A DNA stretch of 64,000 bases from Octopus vulgaris (lineage: Eukaryota). Position 1 is the stretch's first letter, and each line of letters begins with the position of its first letter. The notes under the pieces were generated by a model. That model did not search any database and was not told the DNA's origin. It saw nothing but the letters and a program-made list of their open reading frames with translations. The position numbers were made by a program, and so were the translations under genes. This document shows positions 49,371-63,739 of this stretch, piece after piece. The stretch spans positions 85,622,001-85,686,000 of the forward strand of contig OX597823.1 in the NCBI GenBank assembly GCA_951406725.2, written 5' to 3'.

Positions 49371-50958
49371 CAGTGATACCTTGCAGAACGAGTTTAATTC
49401 ATTCTATGGCCGAGCACGTTTTACGATCTACTCGTTTTACAAATCAGTTTTCCCCATTGAAATTAATTAAAATAAAATTCATCCGTTCCAGACCCCCAAA
49501 ATTACCCCGAAATCATTTTTTATGGGTTTTAAAACAGAAAAGGTACAGTTACAAGGAACATGACAATTATAAAAACATAATAAAAGAGAATGCAAAAGAA
49601 ATATGAAAACTGGTTTTATTCAATGAATTACCTTAAAGATGGGATGATTTGTGCACGAGGAAGACGATGCAGCGTTGAGAAAGAGGAGGGGGATTACTGT
49701 TTGGAAGGAGATTCTGTTTTCATTAAGACTTCAGGAAGAAAGACTTCTAGCGATTTCTCTCACACTTCGCTTAATGTAAGCTTTTTGGAATCTTTCTTCA
49801 CTGTTCACACTAGCTTTTTGGTGGAAAAACATATCAAGAGGAGTCTGCTTTTTCCTGCCTTTCAAATGTTACGAAAATGCGTCAGAGCAGAGTTATTAAA
49901 TAAAGCAGTTGTATGACCTGTAAATACTTGTTTATGATGATTTTTTTGCTACAAATTCAGAAACATACTGCCACATTACCAACACTGCCTTTGTGTCACG
50001 CGTAGAGATAACCTCCGCTACACTGTTCTCTTCCGGGGAGCCAATCTCTTCCACCGCATCCGAATGTTGCTGCTCCTGAACCTGCAGGAGTTCATCTGTC
50101 GTCATTTCCTCTGAGTGTTCCTCGACGTGATCGTTAATGTCCTCGTCATCAACCTCGTTGCCCATGGACTTGCCAAGAGACACTATCTCCTCGACTAGAG
50201 GTGTCTCAGATTCAAAACTCTCGAAGTCTGTTTCGGAAACGCAGTTAGGCCATAGTTTCCTCCTTGCAGAATCCAGCGTTCTCCTCGTTCCACCCTGCCA
50301 GGCTATTTCAATGATTTACAGGTTCTAACAATGCTGTAGGGCTCCTTCCAAAACTCACGAAGAGTTAGATTTGTATTTTCAGTGACTTCAATGCACCGAT
50401 GAAACAGGTGCTTGGTGTACAATTTCTTAAAATTAGACATCACTAGAGAGCCTGGAGACAACCTTTGGTTGTTGAAACGGCTTTGATCTCATCCTTTTTC
50501 TTCAGGATGGTTCAGATCGTCGATACTTCGGCCATATTGACGTGATATGTCCACCACACATATACCTCTCTCAGGTTTATTGATGATTTCCTTCTTTAAT
50601 TCTATCGTAACCAGCTTTTTCTTCTCGGTTCTGACCTTTGCACTAATCTTCTGAAGACCCATGGCTAATACAACTAATTATTATAAAATTATAGTAAAAG
50701 CACACAACACTAAAAACTAAAATTTGGAAAACACAATAGGGATGCTGCAACAACGAGATAAACACGTGAACTGAGCGAGCGGAGGCTGCACTTGTTGGCA
50801 GAGCGAGTGCGAGCTCTGTGCCAACTAGCGGTCGCTTGTATGAAACTCGCTCGTACTGTGGATTTCCGTTCGTATTTCAAGACAAAAATTCGCACGAGCC
50901 TCGGCTCGTACAGCAAATTGCTCGAACTGTGGTGCACTCGCACTACGAGATTCTACTG
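49371..50958 (-). mobile_element. Internally deleted Tigger/pogo transposon
   Basis: TA|CAGT...ACTG|TA; N-terminal MGLQKISAK...TIELKKEII (HTH, ATG at 50662) and C-terminal SNFKKLYTKHLF...LREFWKE, SLGKSMGNEVDDEDINDHVEEHSEEMTTDEL. Confidence 0.88.
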
Positions 50959-51714
50959 TATATCATAAACAGGATCGGCTTTAATAGCCAGATGTACAAT
51001 ATCGTTAATATAATAGTATTCTAAACATCGAATCCAAATTATGTTACATGTTAAGAATATTTGTCATCAAAGGTAAGATTTAAGCATCCATTATGTTGCT
51101 TTCTTAATCCCAAAATGTCAAAATCAAAGTTTCTTAGCAATTATTTCTACCGTTTAGATTACTTTGCATCAAACAATCTTATTTATTGATCATTGAATCA
51201 GTATATAATCAGTTTTCTCAGAGGATAAGATATAAATATGCGGTAATTTTAATATTATAGTACAAATAGTCAATTATAATCTGAGATTAAAATCATATCA
51301 TAGAATTCAATAAATAAAAGATACGTACTACCCAGTGTGTGTGTGTGTGTGTGTGTATCTGTCTGTCTATCTGACTGTCTGCCTGCCTTTGTCCCTCATC
51401 ACCACTCCACAAACGGTGCTGGTGTTTATGTCTGTAACATAATGATTTGGCGAAAGAGACCGATAGATAAATACCAGGTTTTAAAAAACAAGGAATGGGG
51501 TCGATTCTTTCGACTAGAGATTCTCTGATGTAGTACCCTAGCATGGCCGCAGTCTAATTACTAAAATAAGACAAAGGGTAATATATATATAGCAAAAATT
51601 TAAATTCAGATGAATTAGATACTTCTTTGTCTATCTCCTTACCTTCTTGGAGGTTTTAGGTAAAATTATAATAATGTGTCCATCTGTTTTAATTTAATTC
51701 AATTCTATGTCTTT

Positions 51715-51802
51715 ATGCACCTGAGGATTGCTCTGCATTTAAGTTAATGTAGTGATTGCATTGTTCAGTTAAATGGAGTTGCTTGAAACGATCGTACTGC
51801 AT
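51715..51802 (+). ncRNA. Type I hammerhead-like motif with long stem II
   Basis: AUGCAc-CUGAGGA-..cauuuaa..uuaaaug..-GAA-ACGAUCGU-A-cUGCAU; lies in a 240-bp insert (51592-51830) between (TA)n tracts. Confidence 0.65.
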
Positions 51803-52774
51803 TACCTATGGATATCCTCGTTGCTTATTCATATATATATATATATGTGCGTGTGTGTGTGTGTGTGTGTCTGTGTGTGTGCATGTATCTATCGCTTTAG
51901 GAAAATATACTTCTTTCAGTCATTAAACTGCAGAAATCTTAAAGGGTGTAACGCTGCTGTCTTGAATAGTTTAGTCGAACAAATCACCCTCTCTATATAT
52001 TTTAACTTAGTGTATCTCGGAGCCCATTACTGATTGTATCATTCCTTCTTTTGAAATGGCACGCTGTGATTTGTGATCTACTCGGCTGCTAACTCTAATA
52101 GATCAAGCAATTACACGCATGTTCTCTTGTAAGCACAAATCCGTAAAGTAAGTGGGGAAAAATGTATCATTTATGCAGGTAGGTAAAAAAAAATGACGTC
52201 ATATTATCATATAATCTCGTGTCTGTTTATCATAATATGAGAAAAAATTGGTTTAAATACTTGATTCCAGCAAAATGTTATCCAAGAAAACAAATTGACA
52301 TTTACAAATATTTTTTTGGGAATCCTCCTTATTGATCACGTTCAATCATTTTCAATTATATTTATTTTCTTTCTTTTTATTGTGCTTAAACCTGGTGTAC
52401 TAACACTGAACCCTGTATCCAACTTTAAAATATATTACATCAATTTTGTTAGCAATCAATTAGAGATGGCAATGGTATTTGGTGACAAAAAACTAGAGTG
52501 AGTTTGGTTTGACATAAAATCTGAGTGTCTGGTCAACCTGCTGCACTTAACGACATTTCGAAGACAGAAATTATTTGTTCATGCGTGGAAGGCAATGAAC
52601 TGCACGTAAACGCATAATAGTTAGACTCAGGTGTCATGTTAGTCAGGTAAATGCAGAAATGCGTGTTGGGGGAAAAGGTGAAAGTTTCGAGTTACTAAAA
52701 TAATCCAGTTCTCTGTTACATGTGTATGCACGTGTGTAGTTATATAGTCATGCATATATACATATATATATAAA

Positions 52775-52807
<33 letters not shown>

Positions 52808-52810
52808 GAA

Positions 52811-52872
<62 letters not shown>

Positions 52873-53059
52873 CATATATATACGTAAAGCTTGGAAGGTG
52901 ATTGCAAGAATGAATAAGGAATAAAGAATAAAGATAGATGTGTATTTTATAATTTATGTATTTATTTATGCTCTATCATGTAAGAACGATCTGTTTATAT
53001 TCAGGTCTTCCGCCTTCATTATTAGAAGGAATACACACGGTCTGTCCATAGAGAGAGAT

Positions 53060-53190
53060 ATTTATCGACCTCGAAAGGATGAAAGGCAAAGTCGATCTCG
53101 GTGGAATTTGAACTCAGAACGCACCGACAGACGAAATATTGCTAAGCATTTCACCCGACGTGCTAATGATTCTGCCAGCTCGCCACCTTA
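53060..53190 (-). mobile_element. SINE family A (partial)
   Basis: Consensus match. Confidence 0.85.
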
Positions 53191-53239
53191 CCGTAAAGTT
53201 TATTATTTTATTTCTAAACAAATGTGGATTTCTCTTTGA

Positions 53240-53488
53240 TTTTCCTTGTTTCTCTTCACATTTGACTGAGGCCATGCTAGAGCAGTCACAGGATTTTAGT
53301 CGAAGAAATCGACTTATTCTTTGTAAGCCTAGTATTTATTCTACTATCCTTCTGTTTTTGGCGAAGCTCTAAGTTAGGGGACGTAAAGACACCAACATCT
53401 GTTGGCAAGCGATGGCAGGAGGACAAACACACGCATAAATATATTCATATATTTATGTGTGTGTGTATTTATGTGTGTATGTGCATGT

Positions 53489-53524
<36 letters not shown>

Positions 53525-53642
53525 CGATGGGCTTCTTTCAGTTTCCGTCTGCCAAATCCACTCACAAGGCTTTGGCTGGCCCAAGGCTATGGTAGAAAAC
53601 CCAGAACATGTGGTTGGTAAGCAAGCTTCTTATCACTCAGCC
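53240..53642 (-). mobile_element. SINE family B with internal microsatellite
   Basis: Reverse complement of 41643-42056. Confidence 0.8.
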
Positions 53643-54641
53643 ATGTGTGTATCTATTTATAAATTGCGTTTATCGATAGATAGATAGATACGTATGTGTG
53701 TGTGTGTGTGTGTACGTTTTGGCGTTGTGTTGGCACCGTTCGTCACTTGACTGGCGTGTGTTCTTGTAAGTAACCGTAAACTAGCGGTTCGGCAAAAGAT
53801 ATAAGAATAAGTAATGAACTCTAAAATTAAGTAGCGGGAGTCGATTTATTCAGACTGATGCCTCTGCATGACCGTAATCCAGTGATTGAAAATATGTGTA
53901 AAGTAGGGTGTATTTTAGAATACTGAAGAGATAGTCAGTAGGATACATTTCATATATGTGTGCTTGTGTAATTGCAAATGTCGTGTGAAATTTCCAACCC
54001 ATTGTTCGTTAACTGCTTGAACAAGGGAGAAAACTCAACGTCAACTCAGTCACTGGAGGATCAGTTACTAATAACATCAGAAATCATACTAGGAACGCGT
54101 TAATTTGAATAAATTCATGAATTTAACCCTTATTGTTGAAAATTATCCAAAAATAAAAGAAAACCTCTGACTCTTGTCTATAACATCTTATATATCGGAA
54201 ATACTTTACCCGTTGTTTTCTTCATTTTCTTTGAAATGGCAAGGTTTGATTGGTGGAAGATTCGGTTAGTATTCTAAAAGAACGCTTGCCAGTCGTTAAA
54301 ATGCTTTCTTTCAATTAATATCTTAAAATGCTTTCTTTCAATTAATATCAGATTTTTTTTCAGTTTTTGTTCTTATTAGTTATAAACAAAAAATAGTAAG
54401 ATAAAGTGAAACGGCCATGATAAATAGGCAATTTTTCTTTACTGTAAGATAAGTATCATAGTAAAAAGGAAAATAATAGTACACAATAATTCAAGGAAAA
54501 AGAATTTACACAGGCTGTGAAAGATTTCAGAACCTTTACAAATAGGTCTTACAGCTGGAGCTTAACTATAGTCTGTCCATAGCACTTACTCAGCATTACC
54601 TGACACCTTTTGGTCTTATTGACACCATTACCTGTCATAAC

Positions 54642-54672
<31 letters not shown>

Positions 54673-54673
54673 C

Positions 54674-54927
<254 letters not shown>

Positions 54928-54976
54928 TTATATATACATAAACATATATATATATGTATATATGCATATATATATT

Positions 54977-55024
<48 letters not shown>

Positions 55025-55770
55025 TGTATGTATATATGTATATATGTATATATGTATGTATGTGTGTCTTTGTGTGCGTATGTATGTGCGTATGTATGTA
55101 TAATATTTTATCCTGTTGCCAGTAATAACCTTACACCGTATTCTTAAATGCGTCGTATAGTGTCTTACAGTCGCATGAGACAGAAGACAACAGAAAAAGC
55201 AATGAATGAAAAGATTTCTGAAACACAAACGTAGAATGCATGTTTATACATTAGCTTGACACAATGTCGTTTGTGTCAATGTATCCATTCATGTTTGCAG
55301 ATGGCAATTCTTGTCCATGTCATTTATTAGCAACTGTGAATGAGAACGTTGACAACTACGATGATGACATTAGCAACAACGTCAAAAGCGTCAGAAGTAA
55401 AAGTTGGAAAACTACAACTAAATACAATAAGAAACCGAGAAATGTAATACTGAAGTTAAAGGAACGAAATTGCTATTATAATAGACAGTAATTCGCGATT
55501 ATGACAATGCGTAGGACATGAGGTCTGACAAAAGATAATAATAAAACTAACAGAAATAAAGAGAAGAGGAAAATGTCATACAGAATATAGGGTTTAGGAC
55601 AACAAGTTAATTGAGATAAGACATTTGTTAAGAAAGAGCCTTAATGAAAAATAAATAAATAAAAGTTAGAAATCACTTCAGCAACAATAAAAACAACAAG
55701 GAAGGAATATATAAAACATAGATTAGGGTTCCTGAGTGCGAAGGTGTAGATACAAACACACACACGCACG

Positions 55771-55806
<36 letters not shown>

Positions 55807-55814
55807 AGCGCACG

Positions 55815-55881
<67 letters not shown>

Positions 55882-56018
55882 ATGTATGTATGTATGTATG
55901 TATGTATGTATAATGGTCAGGTGCAGATAATCTTGTATATCTTGTACGGGTTGACAGTGGGGTGCAGATCAAACCTTAACCGTGAATCCAGCTAACAAAT
56001 AGCGAATACACAGAGAAT

Positions 56019-56093
<75 letters not shown>

Positions 56094-56274
56094 GGAGTGA
56101 GGACATGAGGCGAAAGCAGGGACAGAAACAGAGAGAGAGTGAGAGAAGGTGAGAGGGAGAAAGGGAAGGAAGGAGGAAGGGAGTTGCACTAACTTGATGT
56201 AAGTGCAACTAAATGTACATATGTATATATATATATATATGTATATACGTATAGGAATGTACGCATTGCTCTCT

Positions 56275-56316
<42 letters not shown>

Positions 56317-56880
56317 ACACTGAATGTACATATATACACACACATACTCTCACATATATATATTGGTATATAGACAGGGGTAGATAGATACGTATACGTA
56401 CATACATGTTTATGAATGTACACAGACACAAACACATTCACGCACGCACGTGTCTGTGTGCGTGTGCTTGTGTGTGTGTGTGTTTGTGTGTATGTGCATG
56501 TGTGTATGTCTATGTGTGTATGTGTATGTGTGTGAGGTTAGATACCCGGATACCTGCTACAGGTAATCATGTAAGCCAGTACAAGTTGTACATGATCTGG
56601 CCGTCGCTAACTAAATCACTAAACCTGTAACCTCATCAAACCTGTTTGGTGAAAAGAGTGCTATTTTTGACACCCTGTACGATAAAAAGCAAGCCTGCCA
56701 AACCTTAGATGAACTCGGTCGCTTCAACTGCCAGCCAGTAAATGGGCATATTTGGACGTGTATATGTATTTGTATGTGTATATGTATGTATATATTTTCG
56801 TCGGTTATTTGAAACAAATCTTTCGGAAACCAAAGTGGCCCACACTTTAACTATATATCATCTCTCTTTTCAGCTCTAAC

Positions 56881-57730
56881 ATGGAAGCTTCGAATCTAAC
56901 GCAGAAGATGAAAAGGCGTGCGATTCTTGTCGCCTTAGCCACCAGCCACAATGTTTCTGAGATTGCAACCTTAAATAAGGTTGTCAGGTCCTTTGTCTTT
57001 AAGATCAGAAACGAATATCTCGCCTGCTGCAAGAATCTGTGTCCTGTGGCCAGAAGAAAAATAAAAGAAACATTTTTTACGATCATACATTGTTAAAAGA
57101 GTCGAGTTTGAGCAACAAGTCCAGGGCATCAAGAACAGGTATCCTTGCAAGTCAATGAGAGCCATTGTCAATCATCTCTATGCGTCAGTGTTGGCTCCCT
57201 AAAGTCCAACTCCTCCTCAAAGTGGTAAGGTAGTGTAAACGGGCAGTATCAGAGCTATGCCGTCGGGAACTTTGGTTCCTGGTAGGACCACCCAAGGCGG
57301 ATTGGTCTGGCACCGAGCGGTATTAGGGCCGCAGCCTGGCCAACGGGGCTCTGGTTAAAATTCCAAGAGGAGTCTGATCGGCAACTGGCTCTGACGGGCC
57401 CGAGATGATTTAGCTCTTTTTAGATTAAAAGAACTTTGTCAAAGAACAAAAGAATGAAGGGGTGGAAGGACAGATAGCATGCACCGACCGAAATGAAGTC
57501 CCCACTGTTATACACACAAACATTCCATTATCTGTGACAGAAAAATGAAGGCCGTGTCATACCTCCTGACATTCGTCCAGCAAAGTCTTAAGGTCAATGC
57601 GTTAGCTTACATTGATCAATGGAGACTATTATCAAACCTGAGTCCAGATGTTTGCTCGAGGGAGGCCATATATATTCCACAAAATCTCTGTTCCATTATA
57701 TATAAAGTCTGCACAGCCCAGCAGTAGAAG
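56881..57730 (+). pseudogene. maT/DD37D-like transposase relic interrupted by an RTE-like fragment (57195-57395)
   Basis: MKRRAILVALATSHNVSEIATLNKVVRSFVFKIR..., PCKSMRAI, EVPTVIHT, LKVNALAYI, GRPYIF. Confidence 0.7.
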
Positions 57731-57990
57731 GCCGAATGTTTTCCTTTTCCCTATATGTATATATCGGCATATGCGTACCAAATTATATAAAAAATGTATT
57801 GGTGTTGTTAATAAATACTTTTATTTTCCTTAAACTAAAAATTTATTTTCAGATGCTGACGCAATCTCTTACATACCGGTTTGTGTGTACTTGTGTGAGT
57901 ATGTGTGTGTATGTATATATATGTATACACATGCACGCACACACACACAAATACATACACACGCGCGCGCTCGCGCGCACACCCATACGC

Positions 57991-58023
<33 letters not shown>

Positions 58024-58093
58024 CATATATATATATATATATACATATATATATAGGCGAGTTCAGCACCCTCACCCAACAGAAAACGGTATC

Positions 58094-58136
58094 TGTGGAC
58101 CGCACGGTTTCATGGCTATTTCCCTTCGTCAGCACA
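58094..58136 (-). ncRNA. Type I hammerhead motif
   Basis: UGUG-CUGACGA-AGGGAAAUAGCCAU-GAA-ACCG(UG)CGGU-C-CACA; canonical core, GUC triplet, weak stem II. Confidence 0.7.
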
Positions 58137-58158
58137 CAACAACTGTTTGGATATCTAT

Positions 58159-58734
58159 TTATAACTAAGGTACTAAGAAGCACCAGATTTGCTAACAATA
58201 GGAGTCATAAAAACTCCGAACCCACAAGATTTAAGAGTAAATTTTATAGGCATGGTTGGAAAAAAACTAAGTGAATTAAGATTTTGCCTTACTTTCTGCA
58301 AAAGTGAAGGAAAGAATGTCAGTTAACCTGGTATAATGATTTCAAATTTAGCACCAAATACACTTGATTATCTGCAGTCAAATCTACTCACAATAATGTT
58401 CTTTATATATTTGTATGTTAATTCACTTAGTTCGTTTTCTCAATGCGGTTGAGGCCCTGAAACGAACACAGACATAGGTTGAAGTGAAGTATAGTAATTG
58501 TCATGAGTTGACTTGGCTGAAGAGAATCAAGTACTTTTGGCACTAAATTAAAAATCATGGTACCAGGTTAACAGACATTCCTTCTTTCAATTTTGCAGAG
58601 GTAAGGCGCAATTTTTATTCACTTGTTTTTTTCTAATACTGACTGTAAAAATTTAGTGTTAATACTTGTGGCTTCGGAGTATTTTTGTCTCCTATTTGTT
58701 AGCAAAGTTGGTGCGTCATAGCGCCCTTGTTATA
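58159..58734. repeat. Diverged fold-back of about 575 bp
   Basis: 58159-58395 aligns to the reverse complement of 58500-58734; central gttcgttt...aaacgaac hairpin. Confidence 0.88.
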
Positions 58735-58913
58735 TGCAATTCTTATATATATATATCTATTAATTTTACCTATACAGTTTTAAGCTTACAGCCACTAACA
58801 TTGTTATCTCTTATTAGTAACAATGTTCTTTATAACTTTACAAAAGAATATTGAGTAATCCGTCTGTTTATTATTAAATTGTTTGTCTTACAATTTTGCA
58901 TGAAGACAAATAA

Positions 58914-58997
<84 letters not shown>

Positions 58998-59130
58998 TGA
59001 TAATAATGAAAATAATTCATATGGAATTTATAGATATTTTAATGCACAGCTAGTGCGTCACCACAAATCACATATTTGTGGCTTTAGTTCGTATACCTGA
59101 GATGATTACAGTCCAATATATAATATCCAT

Positions 59131-59199
<69 letters not shown>

Positions 59200-59249
59200 C
59201 ACACATATATATAAATATACATACATACATACATACAAATAAATACAGC

Positions 59250-59405
59250 CGTGGCTGTGTGGTAAGAAATTTGTTCCCCAATCACATGGTTCTGGGTTCA
59301 GTCCCACTGCATGACACATTGGGCAAGTGTCTTCTACGAAAGCCTCGGGCCGACCAAAGCCTTTTCAGTGGATTTGGTAGATGGAAACCGAAAGATGCCC
59401 GTCGT
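59250..59405 (+). mobile_element. SINE family B 5' half
   Basis: Matches 41643-41795. Confidence 0.85.
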
Positions 59406-61019
59406 ATGTATGTACGTATGTAAACTGAGACTTGTATTGCTTTATTTATAAGGAACATGGGTTGAAGAACTCGATACATAATGCAGAGTATAATTATTTG
59501 TATATAAATATTGTCTTTGTTGTTACCTTAAATTTTTCCTATATACACCTTGACTGACAGTCATACTAAATTATCAAAATATGCCATGAGTCAAAATACC
59601 ACAAGGAACTTCATTAATTCTTTAGTTTACACAGATTGTGAACGCTCTTTGTATTGAGCGCTGTTTTCTTTAACAATCATCACCCTTTAATTTCTTCGCG
59701 AAATTGTAGTGATTTAGAGGATGTTTGTTGATTAAGAATTAGCTACACATTTTCCGCTTGTTATATTTATTTTTTTTTTGTTCTGTTAAATTTTCTGTTT
59801 GCTGTGTTTTTGTTAAATATTTAAAATTAATTTCATATTGAAATTTACCGGTTAACTCGTCCCTTAACTATTCAAATATTTAAACAATCCAGAACCGATC
59901 AAAATATTCCATACCTTTTATTGGTCAAACCTGACAGATTCAGTCTCTCACGCCCACTCTACAATGTCCAAAAATAGACTGCCACATGATCGAATTATGA
60001 AAATTGGGTGATTAATTCAAAACAATCTGATAAAATAAACATTACCTATGATAGAGTAATCAGGATGGTAAAAAGATCGGTTGGCATGTTGCGTTTCGTA
60101 TCTTAGTTTAATTTGTTTTTCTGTGGAATTTTCTTTTACTGCGTGTGATGTCTGTAAATTTAGTGTCTTTGCAAGTTCGAGCTCCTCCTGTATAAGAAGA
60201 AGAACTTTTTAAATGCTGACTCATATATTTCTTTGCACGGAAGAAAGAAAGAATGATTGAAGCCACGATGTGAAGGTTTCTTTATTCTAGCTTAAAACGT
60301 GGAAGAATAGGGTCAGAATCTAGATTTTTTTCTGCTTCACAATTTTACAGTGTCTACAGCGATTGCTGTATTCATACGTAGATATATTCTACTTTATCGT
60401 GGGGTTGCATATTTCAACAGACTCTTGTGGGCAAAGCGTATTATTAAAGGCGCATTGCCTTATATGAATATTTTAAAAGTAAATGAACAGTTGTGCAGTG
60501 TTAATTCTAATTTTAAAGGAATTCTTTGTTCACCTAATGCATCTCAGGCATTGGGATATGTAACACACTGCCTAAATACCAATCTGGAGAAATTAGGCTT
60601 TTCAAACCAGAAAGGAGAAAGCTGATTAGAAGACTACACATTCAAGTCGTCACTGGAACAGAAAAATTTGTAAAACTTCCCAGAAGTTTATCATTTATGT
60701 ATATATAACCATGATTAATAGGCAAGTATATGCATAAGATGACATACATAAAATAAAACACACAAATCTGTTCATATACATACATACGTACATGCATACA
60801 TATATACAAAAATACTCTGTTGATGTCGAAATTCCAATAAAGGAGCCTTGGATTTAGGTTAGGAACCGGCTTTCTCTCTATTGGCGAGAAAACTTGAAAT
60901 AAAACTAAACAATGACATACATACAAACATATATACACACAGATACATACATACATACATACATACATACGTACACACATACATATATGCATACATACAT
61001 ACATACATACATACATACA

Positions 61020-61050
<31 letters not shown>

Positions 61051-61523
61051 TTACTGAAAGTCAGTTAATAAGTGAATAAGACCGCTTCCAAAATTCAGTA
61101 GGTCGATGAAAAGTATTTCAAAGGTCTAAGAATTTCCTGTGTACGGATTTGTGTTGAGTGGATATAGTTTTACACAGTACTACTTTTCTTCTACAATGAA
61201 GTTCTAACGAGAACTGGGGGTCGTCCATCCTCATTAATTCGTATGCTAACTAACCCATTCCTGGCACCCTAATACGTGCTACTATTCGGGGCCAAATGAG
61301 ACCTGAGAACAATATTGGCTAAGACGTGATTCCACAACCCCTCATGTCCCCTGGAACTCCCATAAAAGAGCACATTATTGATGCACTTTAAAGTTATACC
61401 CACGAGATGCACACATACGTGTGTATGTGTGCAAGTGTGAAGTGTTGTACACTTACCTAAAATGATTGAAACCTCGGTTACTAGTAGACAATTTAAATGA
61501 TTCAAGCAAGAACAAGAAGCAAC

Positions 61524-61591
<68 letters not shown>

Positions 61592-61610
61592 AAGCAGCAG
61601 CAGCAGCAGC
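61524..61610. repeat. (AGT)n(AGC)n microsatellite
   Basis: Direct reading. Confidence 0.95.
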
Positions 61611-62138
61611 CAAGTGTATGGCAAAGTAAAGCGAACACCTGTCCTTTTGGATTTTTCCCCTGTCACCTTATTTTGTGCATTTGATTGAAAGAATTACAGA
61701 GCGTCCAATAAAAGGTGACTTAATTACCTTTTGTCGTAATTGTACCACACAAAACAACATTCACGTGTGCGCACGTGTGTAATGTTAGTTGCCTTCCTCC
61801 TTCTCTCCTTTCTCTTTCTTGTTAACGCTACATACATACATCCATACATCCATCCATCCATACATACATACATACATATATATATATACATATGTATGTA
61901 CATGCATACGTATAATTGAATGTATGCATGTATATATACACATACATATATATAAATATATACAAAGGTATAATAAAGTGTGTATATATATATATATGCA
62001 TTCATATATAGATATAATTACATATACACATGTGTGATGGTGTGTCTGCGTGCACACCCACACATATATACAGATATATATATATATATATCTATATGTA
62101 TATATTTATTTCTCTCTCTCTATATATCTCTCTGTATG

Positions 62139-62187
<49 letters not shown>

Positions 62188-62809
62188 TGTATAGATAGAT
62201 AGATAGATAGATAGATAGATGATAGATAGATAGATAGATATGCACACACAACTTTGTATATGTATGTATGATTATACATACTTACATATGTGTGAATTAA
62301 GATATATTCATGCAGGGGGTATGTATGTACATAGCCATGTATCATCTGGACTAACCGTAGGAAAGGCAGAATATAAGCAATAGCTGACAAAGACTTCCTA
62401 CCTATGGGTGTTTTACATAAATTACCGTTAATCGTTATAATTTCTGTTGTTTTAACCGTCAGCGTTATACTAAATAACAGTGTAGAGTGTTTGAATATTA
62501 TTTTCACTACTTATTTTCATCTCAATAATTTATCGCTTCAGATATGATAGCCCTTATTTTTCTCTTTTAATTCTGTGTTAGTTGTTATAAAATTAACTAC
62601 TCTACTTTGGGGACATCTACTTTTTATGTTAACTGTCTATAATACAATGTTTTGGTCCAATAATACCACTGTTGAAAGGAAACAGACAGTGCCTATTATG
62701 CACAAGTATTTTCGACTTGCATTGGACAATTCTGTGGTAAACGATGAGAGGTTATCAAAGCCATCATGTATGATATACATACCATATGTACGTGAAGGTA
62801 CGTGGATAA

Positions 62810-63061
62810 GTAGGTTGGGTTTTTATCGGACGATCGTAACGTCGTGAGTTCAATACTGGCAGTGCTTTACTTTATATCACTCTCGTTCTATTGGCTGGCA
62901 CAAATGAATAATACCTGTATTTCAAAGAGCCAGCTTTGTCACATTCCGTTTCAATCTGAATCTCTTTGAAAACTACGTTAAGTGTATGCGTGTCTATGGA
63001 ATGCTCAGCCACCTGCACGTCAATATCACCAGTAGGTTGTTCCATAGATCGAATCAACTGG
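62810..63061 (+). mobile_element. SINE family E
   Basis: Similar to the reverse complement of 39005-39290. Confidence 0.6.
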
Positions 63062-63400
63062 TTCATCCAAGGCTGGGACCACGGGCCATACGTTCCCTAC
63101 CCAATTCAAGATCACAACATATAAGTACACTGCTACATAATTTCTTTTCCCAACAGGCCCTGCTCTGTTCAACATTGTCCCAATACTGATTAAAGAAGAA
63201 AAGGATCCCAGCATATTTAAACGGAGTCGGGACAGATTTCTCCAAGGAATACCAGATAAGCCACACAACTCACTCAACAAGAACTCACTACTTGAATGAA
63301 CAATAAACAAAACTTGACTTTAAAAAGATTTAGATAATCCTATCTGGTGGTACTATTAAGTTAGACATGGCCAGGACCAATCTTTGGTCGAAACATATTT
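63062..63400 (+). mobile_element. CR1-like LINE 3' end (second family)
   Basis: HPRLGPRAIR...LHNFFS / GPALFNIVPILIKEEKDPSIFKRSRDRFLQGIPDKP...NSLLE*; 3' UTR hairpin gaccaa...ttggtc. Confidence 0.7.
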
Positions 63401-63739
63401 AAGTTTTATCTAAGTTATGTATATATATATAAGGTTTATCCTCGTAAAAATTGATTGAAAAATAAATATTGCAAACTGAGTGTGATATATTATAGACCAA
63501 AGTCATGTGAGTAAATTTCGCTGACGGAAAGTGAAAGAAGCCTCTTTTGTATGCGCGTATATCTATGTATATGAACTTCAGCTTAGTTAAAATAAGTTTG
63601 TTACATATTTTAACTTCTCGAGGCAAATTCACTGCAGATACTGTGGAGAAAAAATATCTCTTTTATGATGTGAAACAAACACTGTATCTGCTCAGTGTTG
63701 CCATCTGTCGGATTACCAAATGCAGCGTTTCTAGCTCTT

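Noticed and set aside
63372-63395. gaccaa-tct-ttggtc-GAAAC as a hammerhead
   Set aside because: No CUGANGA; better explained as the CR1-like 3' UTR hairpin
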